Shown piece by piece: positions 22,245 to 31,174 of a DNA stretch of 64,000 bases. The notes under the pieces were generated by a model, which was not told where the DNA came from, ran no database searches, and was given only the letters and a program-made list of their open reading frames with translations. Source of the stretch: a virus; the IMG/VR virus record IMGVR_UViG_3300049846_000430, positions 49,401 through 113,400 of that record, one strand, 5' to 3'. Position 1 is the first letter of the stretch; every line of letters begins with the position of its first letter. Made by a program: the position numbers and the translations under genes.

Positions 22245-22442
22245 ATGGCTGAGAAAAAATGGATTCAGAAGGCTATTAAGAAGCCTGGTTCATTGACAGC
22301 TACCGCAAAAAAAGCTGGTGCTGTTACTAAAAGTGGCACAATCAAAAAAGATTGGCTTGAGTCAAAGGCTAAAGAAGGTGGTAAGACTGGTCAAAGAGCC
22401 AGACTTGCTATCACTCTTGGTAAAATGAGTAAGAAAAAGTAA
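22245..22442 (+). CDS. Small basic protein (KKWIQKAIKKPG...RARLAITL type)
   Basis: ORF tightly packed with neighbours; Lys-rich. Confidence 0.75.
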   Translation: MAEKKWIQKAIKKPGSLTATAKKAGAVTKSGTIKKDWLESKAKEGGKTGQRARLAITLGKMSKKK

Positions 22443-22585
22443 TGGCAAAGGCAAAAGCATCTAAAGAAGTCACTAAGTGGAAACCTAAAGCAAAGGTTAA
22501 GAGACCTGGTGTTGTTTCTAAAAAGAAAAATAGTAGTCTCAAGACTAGTAAGAATTATGTAAAACCTTATAGAGGACAAGGATAA
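22442..22585 (+). CDS. Small basic protein, 47 aa, ending YRGQG (not in ORF track)
   Basis: MAKAKASKEVTKWKPKAKVKRPGVVSKKKNSSLKTSKNYVKPYRGQG; TAATG stop/start overlaps at both ends. Confidence 0.7.
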   Translation: MAKAKASKEVTKWKPKAKVKRPGVVSKKKNSSLKTSKNYVKPYRGQG

Positions 22586-23028
22586 TGAAAAAGCCTGTAA
22601 AAAAACTCACCAAAAAACAAGGTGGTGGACCACAGGATAACACAAGAGAATACTATCCTGCTGGATCAATGCCTATAAGTACGGCTGATAATATTTCTAG
22701 AAGAGACAGATTTAGAAATCAGGTTAGTGCTGGTGCATATGATTTTATAAGCCAAACACCAGGACGTGAAGGAACCAGGAATGAAAGAAATACTGCCATA
22801 GATATTGTTAATGCTGGCCGTAAAGAAAGTGGTATGGGACGTGCTGGAAGAATAAAAACAGCTGCAAATTATCTTGAGCTTGATAAACCAGCAGTTAGAA
22901 CCATGCTTAAAACTGCTCCTGCTAAATCAAGAATACCTTCAAATCAAAGTCCTTTTTGGGGAGGAAAATGCCCAATGCCAGAACAGAAAAAAGGCGGAGA
23001 AACTAAAACTTCAAAAAAGAAAAAATAA
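22585..23028 (+). CDS. Basic protein with xxGG motifs
   Basis: KKQGGG near N-terminus, QKKGG near C-terminus. Confidence 0.7.
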   Translation: MKKPVKKLTKKQGGGPQDNTREYYPAGSMPISTADNISRRDRFRNQVSAGAYDFISQTPGREGTRNERNTAIDIVNAGRKESGMGRAGRIKTAANYLELDKPAVRTMLKTAPAKSRIPSNQSPFWGGKCPMPEQKKGGETKTSKKKK

Positions 23029-23029
23029 T

Positions 23030-23659
23030 ATGAAAAGTCTTAAGAAAAAAACACTTGTAAAGAAGGCAAGTGGTGGTCCAATGGGTGAAAAAAAACCTGC
23101 TCTTAACAAAGTAACTCCTGCTCAAAGTAAAGTTACAGGAGCAAAAGTTGGTGAGTCTTATAGAACAGCACCAATTAAAGGTGATGCTATTAATGCTCCA
23201 ATCCGTCAGAAATTATCTGATTATGCTACACGTGGTCCTGAACCTAAAGAGTATACCAAATATCAAGAGCTTACAAGAGCTGCATCTAAACCCGCTATGA
23301 AAAGAGGTGGTTCTATACCTAAGAAACAAGATGGTGGTTCTATTGGTAAAACTACAGAATCTCAAGTATTTAGACCAAATATGCAACCTCCAGGTGGATT
23401 TAAACCCACACCTGTTCCTAGAAAAGTAAGAAAACAGATGGAAAGATATGAAGATGCTGTGTCTAAAGAAAGAATAAACCCCAGCCCTCTATTAAAAGAA
23501 CCTTCTCCAAAAATAAAACCCAGCCCTCTTAAAGAAGACAAAAAACTTTATCAGGATTTAAAAGTTACACCCATGAAGAAAGGTGGTTCAATGTCTAAAA
23601 TGACAATGATGAAAAAGGGTGGTGCTATGAAAGTTTCAACTATCAAAAAAAAGAAATAA
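23030..23659 (+). CDS. Basic protein with five [KM]xxGG motifs
   Basis: ATG at 23030 follows the upstream stop; KASGG, MKRGG, KQDGG, MKKGG x2. Confidence 0.7.
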   Translation: MKSLKKKTLVKKASGGPMGEKKPALNKVTPAQSKVTGAKVGESYRTAPIKGDAINAPIRQKLSDYATRGPEPKEYTKYQELTRAASKPAMKRGGSIPKKQDGGSIGKTTESQVFRPNMQPPGGFKPTPVPRKVRKQMERYEDAVSKERINPSPLLKEPSPKIKPSPLKEDKKLYQDLKVTPMKKGGSMSKMTMMKKGGAMKVSTIKKKK

Positions 23660-23660
23660 T

Positions 23661-24278
23661 ATGAAAAAGTACAAAAAAGGAAGTGAACTGAAACCAGTTC
23701 CTTCAGACAGACCCGGACTTGGTAAACTTCCAAGCAAAGTACGTAATGCCATGGGTTACATGAAATCTGGTGGCTCCATGATTAAGAAACAGGATGGTGG
23801 CCCTATACCATCAAAAATAGATGTTACTAAAAAAGATATAAGGCGGATGGAGAGAGCAATTAACAGACAAAATCCTGATATGTACAATAAAACAAGTAAA
23901 CCTACAGGTATGATTTATGATTCTAATGAGAAGCCGACTTTCCCAAAGATTGAGGAATTAAGAAAAACTACTCCAAAAGATTCAACAGTAAAGACAACAC
24001 CTATTTATAATAAAAAAAGAGGTGGTTCTATAGGAAATGCAATGTCAGCTGTAAAGAAAGGCTTTGATCAAGCAGGAGCAATGATAACCTCTAAGAAAGC
24101 ATATGGTGGTTCTATGGTTAATAAACCCGCAAATAAAATGCTTATCAAAGCAATGCAAGCTGGTGGACCCATGGATATGGTTGATGTAGTTGCCATGAAA
24201 AAAGGTGGTTGCATGAAGTGTGGCGGATCCATGAAGAAGATGGGTGGAGCTGTCATCAACACAAAAATGAAGAAGTAA
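23661..24278 (+). CDS. Basic protein with eight [KM]xxGG motifs
   Basis: MKSGG, KQDGG, KKRGG, KAYGG, MQAGG, MKKGG, MKCGG, KKMGG. Confidence 0.7.
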   Translation: MKKYKKGSELKPVPSDRPGLGKLPSKVRNAMGYMKSGGSMIKKQDGGPIPSKIDVTKKDIRRMERAINRQNPDMYNKTSKPTGMIYDSNEKPTFPKIEELRKTTPKDSTVKTTPIYNKKRGGSIGNAMSAVKKGFDQAGAMITSKKAYGGSMVNKPANKMLIKAMQAGGPMDMVDVVAMKKGGCMKCGGSMKKMGGAVINTKMKK

Positions 24279-24284
24279 GTAACT

Positions 24285-24320
24285 AGCAGGTAGGTATAAA
24301 AGCCTACCTGCTTTTTATTT
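24285..24320 (+). terminator. Rho-independent terminator
   Basis: AGCAGGTAGG/CCTACCTGCT 10-bp stem followed by TTTTATTT. Confidence 0.85.
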
Positions 24321-24353
24321 ATAAAAGTTATGAGGACTTATCAATAAAAAATC

Positions 24354-24539
24354 ATGGCAACTAAATCAAAAGTAAACCAAGCGGGTGTTTATACTAAACC
24401 CGGAATGAGAAAGACTTTGTTCAATAAGATCAAAGCAGGTAGTAAAGGTGGTGACCCAGGTGAGTGGTCAGCCCGCAAGGCACAAATGCTTGCAAGAGAA
24501 TACAAAGCCAAAGGTGGTGGCTATAAAACTAAAAAATGA
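24354..24539 (+). CDS. Small basic protein, N-terminal half of a DUF5872-like protein
   Basis: YTKPGMRK...KAGSKGGDPGEWSARKAQMLAREYKAKGGGY. Confidence 0.7.
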   Translation: MATKSKVNQAGVYTKPGMRKTLFNKIKAGSKGGDPGEWSARKAQMLAREYKAKGGGYKTKK

Positions 24540-24540
24540 T

Positions 24541-24840
24541 ATGGCAATCAAGAAAAAAATTACTAAAAAACCTTTAGTTAAAGCACAAAAAGGAAAAGAA
24601 ATAAAACCTGATTATAGTAATATAAAAGGTAAAGGTTGGGATTATTTTAAAACTCCTACAGCAAAAGATAGTGCAGATTATAGACAAGGTTTCTATAAAA
24701 AAGTTAAAGGTGAACAGCTTAAACAATTTCCAAGTCCATCAGGAGCTGAAATAAGAGGATACAATGAAGCAACAAAAAGAAAGTTAAAGACTGGCGGAGC
24801 TATTAAAACTAAAGCTCTTGTTTACAAAACTAAAAAGTAA
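24541..24840 (+). CDS. Basic hypothetical protein
   Basis: ATG at 24541; LKTGG motif; same C-terminal YKTKK as the preceding gene. Confidence 0.65.
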   Translation: MAIKKKITKKPLVKAQKGKEIKPDYSNIKGKGWDYFKTPTAKDSADYRQGFYKKVKGEQLKQFPSPSGAEIRGYNEATKRKLKTGGAIKTKALVYKTKK

Positions 24841-24983
24841 TGGCAAAGAATAAAAAACAACAAGCTGCAATTGCTGTCTCTATGAAAGAGAAAGGCAAAG
24901 TTCCTAAGGGTTATCACAGAATGCCTGATGGAAAGATCATGAAAGATTCTGCACACAAAACCCCAGCCAAGAAAAAGAAATAA
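24840..24983 (+). CDS. Small basic protein, 47 aa (not in ORF track)
   Basis: MAKNKKQQAAIAVSMKEKGKVPKGYHRMPDGKIMKDSAHKTPAKKKK; TAATG overlaps at both ends. Confidence 0.7.
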   Translation: MAKNKKQQAAIAVSMKEKGKVPKGYHRMPDGKIMKDSAHKTPAKKKK

Positions 24984-25252
24984 TGGTTAAGAAAGATCCA
25001 CAACAAAGTCTTAGAGACTGGACAGCACAGAAGTGGATGACCTCTGGTACCCATGCTAATAAGAAAAAGGGTAGCAGTAAAGAGGTAAAGTCAGAAGGTA
25101 AGAAGAGATACTTACCTGAAGCTGCATGGGGGGCTCTCTCTAAAGGAGAAAAAGCTGCAACCAATAAAGCAAAGGCTTCTGGCAATGCTAAAGGTAAGCA
25201 GTTTGTGAAGCAACCTAAGACAATTGCTAAGAAAGCAAGTAAATACAGATAA
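24983..25252 (+). CDS. Small basic protein, C-terminal half of a DUF5872-like protein
   Basis: QQSLRDWTAQKW...RYLPEAAWGALS...KGKQFVKQP. Confidence 0.7.
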   Translation: MVKKDPQQSLRDWTAQKWMTSGTHANKKKGSSKEVKSEGKKRYLPEAAWGALSKGEKAATNKAKASGNAKGKQFVKQPKTIAKKASKYR

Positions 25253-25270
25253 AATCTATAAATTTGTACT

Positions 25271-25504
25271 ATGGCAAAACTAAAAATAAATAAAGAAATG
25301 GCTAAGCAGGAACGCCAGTGGCAAGTTGAGGATGCAATGAGAACCCTCAAACGTGCTGAAGAAATCCGCCAAGATGGTAAATTAATGGGTGAAGTTAAGA
25401 AGTCTATGGAGAGTCTTAACAAGATGCTTATGGGTGGTGCTATGAAACCAGCAGCTCCTAAAGTAATGAAACCTGTTGCAAAGAAAATCATGAAGAAGAA
25501 GTAA
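25271..25504 (+). CDS. Small basic hypothetical protein
   Basis: ORF; preceded by TAAATTTG (TAnnTTTG) at 25259-25266. Confidence 0.7.
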   Translation: MAKLKINKEMAKQERQWQVEDAMRTLKRAEEIRQDGKLMGEVKKSMESLNKMLMGGAMKPAAPKVMKPVAKKIMKKK

Positions 25505-25505
25505 G

Positions 25506-26834
25506 ATGTCACTAGATCCAAAAAGAAGATTTTACCTGGATGGTTATGGTCAACATCCGGAATGGTACACTTGGCATTATCAAATGCTAGGTAGACTTAT
25601 TGATATTAATAACAGTATCACAGGTCAATCAGGACCATCTTCAACTGCCCAGGATTCTTTTGGAAGGCTTAGAGTTTCTGAGCCTTTCACTCTTTTTGAT
25701 TCTAGTCACAGATATTCTGATAATGGTTTATGGGCTACAGCTACTGCTACTGGCGGTACTGCTGTATTTAACGCTAACCAAGGACTGGTAGATTTAAATG
25801 TAACAGCAGCTTCTGGTTCTTCTGTTAAAAGAGAAACATATAAAGTATTCTCTTACCAGCCTGGCAAGTCTTTACTTGTCATGTCCACTTTTGTTATGAG
25901 TCCTGCAAAAACAGGTCTTACTCAAAAAGTTGGTTATTATGGAGACAGTAATGGCTTTTATCTGCAACAAGAAAATAGCACAATATCTTTTGTTAAAAGA
26001 AGTTTTGTTACAGGTTCAATTGTTGAGACTCCCATTGAACAAGCTAACTGGAACTATGATAAGTTAAATGGTACTGGTCCATCCCGAATTACTCTTGACT
26101 TAACCAAAGCTCAAATCTTATGGATGGATATGGAATGGTTAGGTGTAGGTTCTGTAAGAATGGGATTTGTAATTAATGGACAATTTATTGTTTGTCACAT
26201 CTTTGAACATGCCAATCTAATTACCTCCACTTATATCACCAGTGCGTCTCTTCCATTACGTTATGAGATTGAGAACACCGCTGGTACATCTGGAGCTAGC
26301 ACATTAAAACAGATTTGTTCTACCATACTTTCAGAAGGTGGATATGAACTAAGAGGAGAAGCACATACTGCAGCAACAGCTATTGGAACTCCTTACAACA
26401 TGACAGTTGCTTCAACTTATTATCCAATAGTATCTATAAGATTGAAATCAACTAATTTAGATGGTATAGTTATACCTACAGCAATGTCATGTCTTCCAAT
26501 TAGTACAGGAACTTACGAATGGAGATTAGTTGAAAAGGGAACAACAAGTGGAGGTACTTGGGTATCTGCAGGTATAGATTCAGTAGTTGAATATAACATA
26601 ACTGGTACATCATTTACCGGAGGTAATATAGTGCACACAGGATTTTTTAATGCTTCTAACCAAGGAACAACAACGTCTGGATTAGATAAATCAGGTCTAT
26701 TTGACCATCAATTGCAAAGAGATTCTTTTACATCCACTCGTTATGAGTTTACACTTGTTGTAGCTGCCAACACTATAGGTGGAGGCGGCAGTAATGTTTT
26801 GGGTCATATAGATTGGGATGAAATAAGCCGATGA
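25506..26834 (+). CDS. Putative virion structural/tail protein (beta-rich, lectin-like)
   Basis: DSFGRLRVSEPFTLFDS motif, Thr/Ser/Gly-rich beta pattern, late-gene context. Confidence 0.6.
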   Translation: MSLDPKRRFYLDGYGQHPEWYTWHYQMLGRLIDINNSITGQSGPSSTAQDSFGRLRVSEPFTLFDSSHRYSDNGLWATATATGGTAVFNANQGLVDLNVTAASGSSVKRETYKVFSYQPGKSLLVMSTFVMSPAKTGLTQKVGYYGDSNGFYLQQENSTISFVKRSFVTGSIVETPIEQANWNYDKLNGTGPSRITLDLTKAQILWMDMEWLGVGSVRMGFVINGQFIVCHIFEHANLITSTYITSASLPLRYEIENTAGTSGASTLKQICSTILSEGGYELRGEAHTAATAIGTPYNMTVASTYYPIVSIRLKSTNLDGIVIPTAMSCLPISTGTYEWRLVEKGTTSGGTWVSAGIDSVVEYNITGTSFTGGNIVHTGFFNASNQGTTTSGLDKSGLFDHQLQRDSFTSTRYEFTLVVAANTIGGGGSNVLGHIDWDEISR

Positions 26835-27277
26835 AAAAACTAATAGCCATACTAGCTTTATCTATTCTTTTTACTTCTTGTATTGTAACCAAGAAGCAAA
26901 GACAAAAGATATGTAATGAATGCCATGTCATTGAACATGATAGTATTTATATAAAGGATACCATTGTCAAAGTTGACAGTGATACAGCCTTTATTGAAAC
27001 TAAACTTGATTGTGATAGTTTAGGAAATGTCAGGATGGTTGAGATCAATCAGCTCAATGGAAAACTGATTTCCATGCAAGCTAAACTCAAAGATAACAGG
27101 CTCAGAATTATCTCCAGAACTGATACCATAAAGGTTTATGTAAAGGGAAATACTCAAATTAAAGTAAGAACCCTGGTAAGAGAGAAGGAAGTTTATAAAG
27201 ACTACTGGTGGAAATGGCCTTTGATTATTTGGGCTTTGATTGCCACAGTGCTTTATTTATTGAAAAAAATTTTGTAA
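26831..27277 (+). CDS. Lipoprotein with C-terminal transmembrane helix (unimolecular-spanin-like topology)
   Basis: Signal peptide with lipobox LFTSC; C-terminal WWKWPLIIWALIATVLYLL. Confidence 0.6.
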   Translation: MKKLIAILALSILFTSCIVTKKQRQKICNECHVIEHDSIYIKDTIVKVDSDTAFIETKLDCDSLGNVRMVEINQLNGKLISMQAKLKDNRLRIISRTDTIKVYVKGNTQIKVRTLVREKEVYKDYWWKWPLIIWALIATVLYLLKKIL

Positions 27278-27286
27278 ATTATAATT

Positions 27287-27688
27287 ATGAAAACTCTAAC
27301 TGAACAAGAGCAAACCAATCTTAATATTATTGCCCAGTCATCCACACCTTATCTTCCTTTTACATTAGTATCTGCAGCAACTGATAATTCAACAGTTGTA
27401 AAAGGAACAATGGGGACTATTGGAAATATAACAGCAATAAATGTTAGTGGTACTATACACTACTTAAAATTTTATAATAAAGATACTGCTCCTAATCCAG
27501 CTTTAGATACTCCAATTGCTGTATATCCAATACCGGCTAGCACAAGCGGTGCAGGATTAACAGTAAACTTTCCTTCAGGACTTAGATTTTCCAAAGGAAT
27601 AAGTTTTGTTATTGTAAAAGGTATAGCCTCAAATAATAACACACCAGCAAATTCTAATGCGGTTGTTGTAACAATAGCTTATAAGTAA
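27287..27688 (+). CDS. Putative structural protein (small beta-sandwich)
   Basis: Beta-rich ORF in late block. Confidence 0.55.
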   Translation: MKTLTEQEQTNLNIIAQSSTPYLPFTLVSAATDNSTVVKGTMGTIGNITAINVSGTIHYLKFYNKDTAPNPALDTPIAVYPIPASTSGAGLTVNFPSGLRFSKGISFVIVKGIASNNNTPANSNAVVVTIAYK

Positions 27689-28551
27689 TGAGTTTAACAC
27701 TACTTGGTGCAGGTGCAGTTATCTCTGCTGGTCCTAGTTATACTGGGGTACTTGATCTGTATCCAGGGGCCGGTGTTGCTTATTCTGTAAGGAGACTAAG
27801 TGGTAGTTATTTAGGTGATGCTATAAGAGTACGTAGATCATCAGATAATAATGAGCAAGATATTGGGTTTCTTTCAAATGGTAATTTAAATGAAGCTCAG
27901 TTAACTTCTTTTGTAGGTGTTGGTGATGGTTTCATAACTAGTTGGTATGATCAATCTGGTAATGGTAACAATGCCAACCAAACCAATGGATTAAATCAAC
28001 CTAAAATTGTAAGTGCTGGTGTTGTTAATAAATTAAATTCTAAGCCTGTAATAACTTTTGATGGTATAAATGACTTCATACCCATTAGTTCAGCTCCGTC
28101 AGTTAGTAATCCAACTTTGTTTTTTGTTGTTAAGCCATTAGGAGATTCACCAGGCTTTGGAAGAAATGGTGGTGTAATTACTATGCATGGTTCTAGCATT
28201 ATTGTTAACAACCATTTTGGTATTACAGGTCCAGATTGGTATGATTCATTTTGTAGTACAAATAGACCCTATATAACTAGTGGTATAACTACACAACAAT
28301 ACCTTGGAACTATGTATCATAGTGGAACAAGTATTGTAGCATCATTGAACGCAGGTGCAGATATAACTGTTAGTGCTACAATAGATACAAATCTTACTAG
28401 GTATGGTATAGGAAACTTCTTAACTGGATACTATAATGTGTTTCCATCTAACAATCAATATCAAGAAGTAATATTATATCCCGATAATCAAACCTCTAAC
28501 ATGTCTGCAATAAAAGCAAACATAAATAGTTATTATACCATTTATCCATGA
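27688..28551 (+). CDS. Concanavalin A/LamG-like tail fibre or receptor-binding protein
   Basis: AYSVRRL...IRVRRSSDN.EQDIGF...WYDQSGNGN.A.Q signature. Confidence 0.65.
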   Translation: MSLTLLGAGAVISAGPSYTGVLDLYPGAGVAYSVRRLSGSYLGDAIRVRRSSDNNEQDIGFLSNGNLNEAQLTSFVGVGDGFITSWYDQSGNGNNANQTNGLNQPKIVSAGVVNKLNSKPVITFDGINDFIPISSAPSVSNPTLFFVVKPLGDSPGFGRNGGVITMHGSSIIVNNHFGITGPDWYDSFCSTNRPYITSGITTQQYLGTMYHSGTSIVASLNAGADITVSATIDTNLTRYGIGNFLTGYYNVFPSNNQYQEVILYPDNQTSNMSAIKANINSYYTIYP

Positions 28552-28787
28552 TAATAAAAGGCTATAAATTTTTGACAGAGCAAGAAGCAATTGATGCAAG
28601 AGAGTCTTGTGATAAGTATTATGGTATACCAGTAACTCCACAAGATGTTACTCAGAATTGGGTAGAATATTACTCTACATACTTTGATGATCCGGTATTT
28701 TGGTATATGATGGGAGATGATTCCCTTATACCAATATTAGGTGAGCCATATGAGTTTGAAGTTACGTTTCCAATTGATCCTATATAA
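28548..28787 (+). CDS. Small acidic protein, possible tail-fibre partner
   Basis: ATGA overlap with the fibre gene. Confidence 0.55.
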   Translation: MIIKGYKFLTEQEAIDARESCDKYYGIPVTPQDVTQNWVEYYSTYFDDPVFWYMMGDDSLIPILGEPYEFEVTFPIDPI

Positions 28788-28788
28788 T

Positions 28789-29097
28789 ATGAAAAAGAAA
28801 GATTCAAGATTAGAAAAGGCTGGAGTATCTGGCTATAATCAACCCAAGCGTACACCATCACATCCTACTAAGTCACATATTGTTGTGGCCAAGTCAGGTG
28901 AGCAAGTTAAGACAATCCGCTTTGGTCAGCAGGGTGTAAAGACCAATCAAACTGCAGGTCAAAGAGAAGCTTTTAAGTCTAGGCATGCTAAGAATATTTC
29001 CAAAGGAAAAATGTCTGCTGCCTATTGGGCTGATAAAGTTAAGTGGAGTCCTAGCAAGACTGCTTCTCCAAGTAAGAAGTGGAAAAAAGGATCATGA
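28789..29097 (+). CDS. Small basic protein (KSHIVVAK...IRFGQQG...SAAYWADKVKW type)
   Basis: ATG at 28789; motif typical of aquatic phage basic proteins. Confidence 0.7.
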   Translation: MKKKDSRLEKAGVSGYNQPKRTPSHPTKSHIVVAKSGEQVKTIRFGQQGVKTNQTAGQREAFKSRHAKNISKGKMSAAYWADKVKWSPSKTASPSKKWKKGS

Positions 29098-29327
29098 AAA
29101 AAGTAACAGCTGGTAACGAAAAGCACATTGTCTATAAAAAGAAAAACAATATAGGCAAAGGCAAGAAGGGAGATATTATTGTAAACCATCCTACCATGGA
29201 TAAAGGTAAATGGGATACAATCAATCTCACTAAGAAAGCTGGTGCTAAAACAGTTGCTGAAGGGGTAAAAGCTACAAAGAAGTGGCATAAGGAAAATCCT
29301 TACCCGAAGAAAATGAAGAAAAAGTAA
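29094..29327 (+). CDS. Small basic hypothetical protein
   Basis: ATGA overlap with the previous stop. Confidence 0.65.
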   Translation: MKKVTAGNEKHIVYKKKNNIGKGKKGDIIVNHPTMDKGKWDTINLTKKAGAKTVAEGVKATKKWHKENPYPKKMKKK

Positions 29328-29400
29328 TTTTTCTCTTTGAATCTTCATGCTGAATGATTAACTTATATCATACAGTTTAACTAAGAATCTATTAATTGAA

Positions 29401-29661
29401 ATGAAACTCCCAATCAACTTTGATCAGTTCTCTAAAGACCCAGTAAAAGGCTTATTATTTATCACTATCTTGACCATTGGTTATCTTTATGTAGATAACA
29501 AAATGAATTATCAGGATCAAATTGAAAGTTGTAGTGTCAAGGTTGAAAAGCTTACACTTAAAATAGAAATACTAGAAGACAAACTTAGAAAAAGTGATAG
29601 CACATTAGCGAGAGCTGCTGCTAGATTAGAAATTCTCAATGAAACAGGAAGAATAAAATGA
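29401..29661 (+). CDS. Membrane protein with coiled coil (i-spanin-like)
   Basis: N-terminal TM GLLFITILTIGYLYV then heptad-rich segment; lysis context. Confidence 0.5.
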   Translation: MKLPINFDQFSKDPVKGLLFITILTIGYLYVDNKMNYQDQIESCSVKVEKLTLKIEILEDKLRKSDSTLARAAARLEILNETGRIK

Positions 29662-30041
29662 AAACAATAGCATTAATCATTCTTGTACTGATAATTCCTT
29701 CATGTATGGAACAGTCAGCCAAGACAACTAATCCTAAAAGATATCTTGAATCAGCTAGTAATGAAGACACTGCATACTCTCCTTTAGAAAGAGCTGAAGA
29801 TGCTCTTGAGATGACGGAAGGAATAGAAGAAGAAGTAGCATTAGCTTTTCATGATGTTGATTCATTGGCAAATCAAAACAAAAAGTTGAAGAAAGAATTG
29901 AAAGAGACTATAGATTCTTTGAAAGAAGCAAAGAAGCAACTTGAGATCATCAGAATGGTGCCCAAGAAAAGAAACTTTATTCAAAAAGTTTTTAATATAA
30001 CTCCAGATTCAATTCAAGTAAAAGACACAATAACTAATTAA
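29658..30041 (+). CDS. Lipoprotein with coiled coil (o-spanin-like)
   Basis: Signal peptide ending IIPSC; overlaps the previous gene. Confidence 0.5.
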   Translation: MKTIALIILVLIIPSCMEQSAKTTNPKRYLESASNEDTAYSPLERAEDALEMTEGIEEEVALAFHDVDSLANQNKKLKKELKETIDSLKEAKKQLEIIRMVPKKRNFIQKVFNITPDSIQVKDTITN

Positions 30042-30042
30042 T

Positions 30043-30306
30043 ATGAAATTCCTAAGAGACTTATTTGATGATGCCAACACTGTAAATGAAAAAGCAGTGG
30101 TTGGTTTTATTGCATTTATCATGCTGGTGATTGCTTTGGTTGTTGACCTTGTTACCGGCTATGATGGTAAACCCCTTGTAATAAATGAATTCATCTTTGA
30201 CGGCTTCATGGTCATTGTGCTTGGAGCATTTGGTATTGCTTCAGTAGATAAGTGGCTGAATAAGAAAAACAATAATCAAGATAACCAAGATAATACAACT
30301 GTATGA
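30043..30306 (+). CDS. Putative holin
   Basis: Two TM helices, polar C-terminal tail, overlaps the endolysin start. Confidence 0.65.
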   Translation: MKFLRDLFDDANTVNEKAVVGFIAFIMLVIALVVDLVTGYDGKPLVINEFIFDGFMVIVLGAFGIASVDKWLNKKNNNQDNQDNTTV

Positions 30307-31118
30307 TAAAAATAGGTTCAACCGGTGATGCTGTAAAAAAAATCCAACTTAAAGTTGGTGCTAAAGATGATGGAGACTTTGGTCCAGGCACTGAAGCCAA
30401 AGTAAAAGCTTGGCAAAAAGCTAATGGTTTACTTGATGATGGAATCATTGGTCCAAATACATGGGATAAAATGTTTCCTGGTGAAACATTTCCTAAACAA
30501 CCTATTGTATCCACAGAATTTAAGCTAAGTGCACTACAGGGACATCTTCCTGCTGCAGTTATTGATCAGATTCCAGAAACATCACAGAAGTTCAATATCA
30601 CAAATGTTCTGAGACTAGCTCATTTCCTTGCTCAATGTTCTCATGAGTCTGGTGGATTTAAACTTGTAAGGGAGAATCTTAATTATGCTGCTGGACAACT
30701 TACTAAGTCATGGCCTGCTTTGTTTCCTCCTGCAGTTGCTGCACAATACGGAGGTAATGCTCAAGCAATTGGTAACCGGGCTTATGGAAACAGAATGGGG
30801 AATGGTCCTGAGTCTTCCGGTGAAGGATTCTTATTCCGTGGTAGAGGATATATTCAACTCACTGGTAAAGACAATTACAGAATATTCTCACAGTTCATTG
30901 GTGAAGACTGTGTGGCTAATCCGGATTTGGTAGCTACTAAATACCCAATGGCATCTGCTGCTTTCTTCTTTAATAAAAATGGACTCTGGTCTATATGTGA
31001 TCAGGGTTCTTCAGATTCCGTAGTCACTGCAGTAACTAAAAGAGTTAACGGTGGCACCAACGGATTATCTCATAGACTTGCTGAGTTCAAGAAGTTCTAC
31101 CAGCTTCTCTCGGTTTGA
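30303..31118 (+). CDS. Endolysin: peptidoglycan-binding domain plus GH19 chitinase-like lysozyme
   Basis: DGDFGPGT...WQKANGL.DDGIIGPNTW; FLAQCSHESGGF...ENLNY; FRGRGYIQLTGKDNY; VTKRVNGG. Confidence 0.92.
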   Translation: MIKIGSTGDAVKKIQLKVGAKDDGDFGPGTEAKVKAWQKANGLLDDGIIGPNTWDKMFPGETFPKQPIVSTEFKLSALQGHLPAAVIDQIPETSQKFNITNVLRLAHFLAQCSHESGGFKLVRENLNYAAGQLTKSWPALFPPAVAAQYGGNAQAIGNRAYGNRMGNGPESSGEGFLFRGRGYIQLTGKDNYRIFSQFIGEDCVANPDLVATKYPMASAAFFFNKNGLWSICDQGSSDSVVTAVTKRVNGGTNGLSHRLAEFKKFYQLLSV

Positions 31119-31142
31119 TTTGTTAGTGTTTCATAGGTTTGT

Positions 31143-31174
31143 AAAGGGGAGCTGATTACTCCCCTTTATTTTTT
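31143..31174. terminator. Bidirectional terminator at the convergence of the two gene blocks
   Basis: AAAGGGGAG/CTCCCCTTT stem with T-tract on + and A-run on the other side. Confidence 0.8.
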
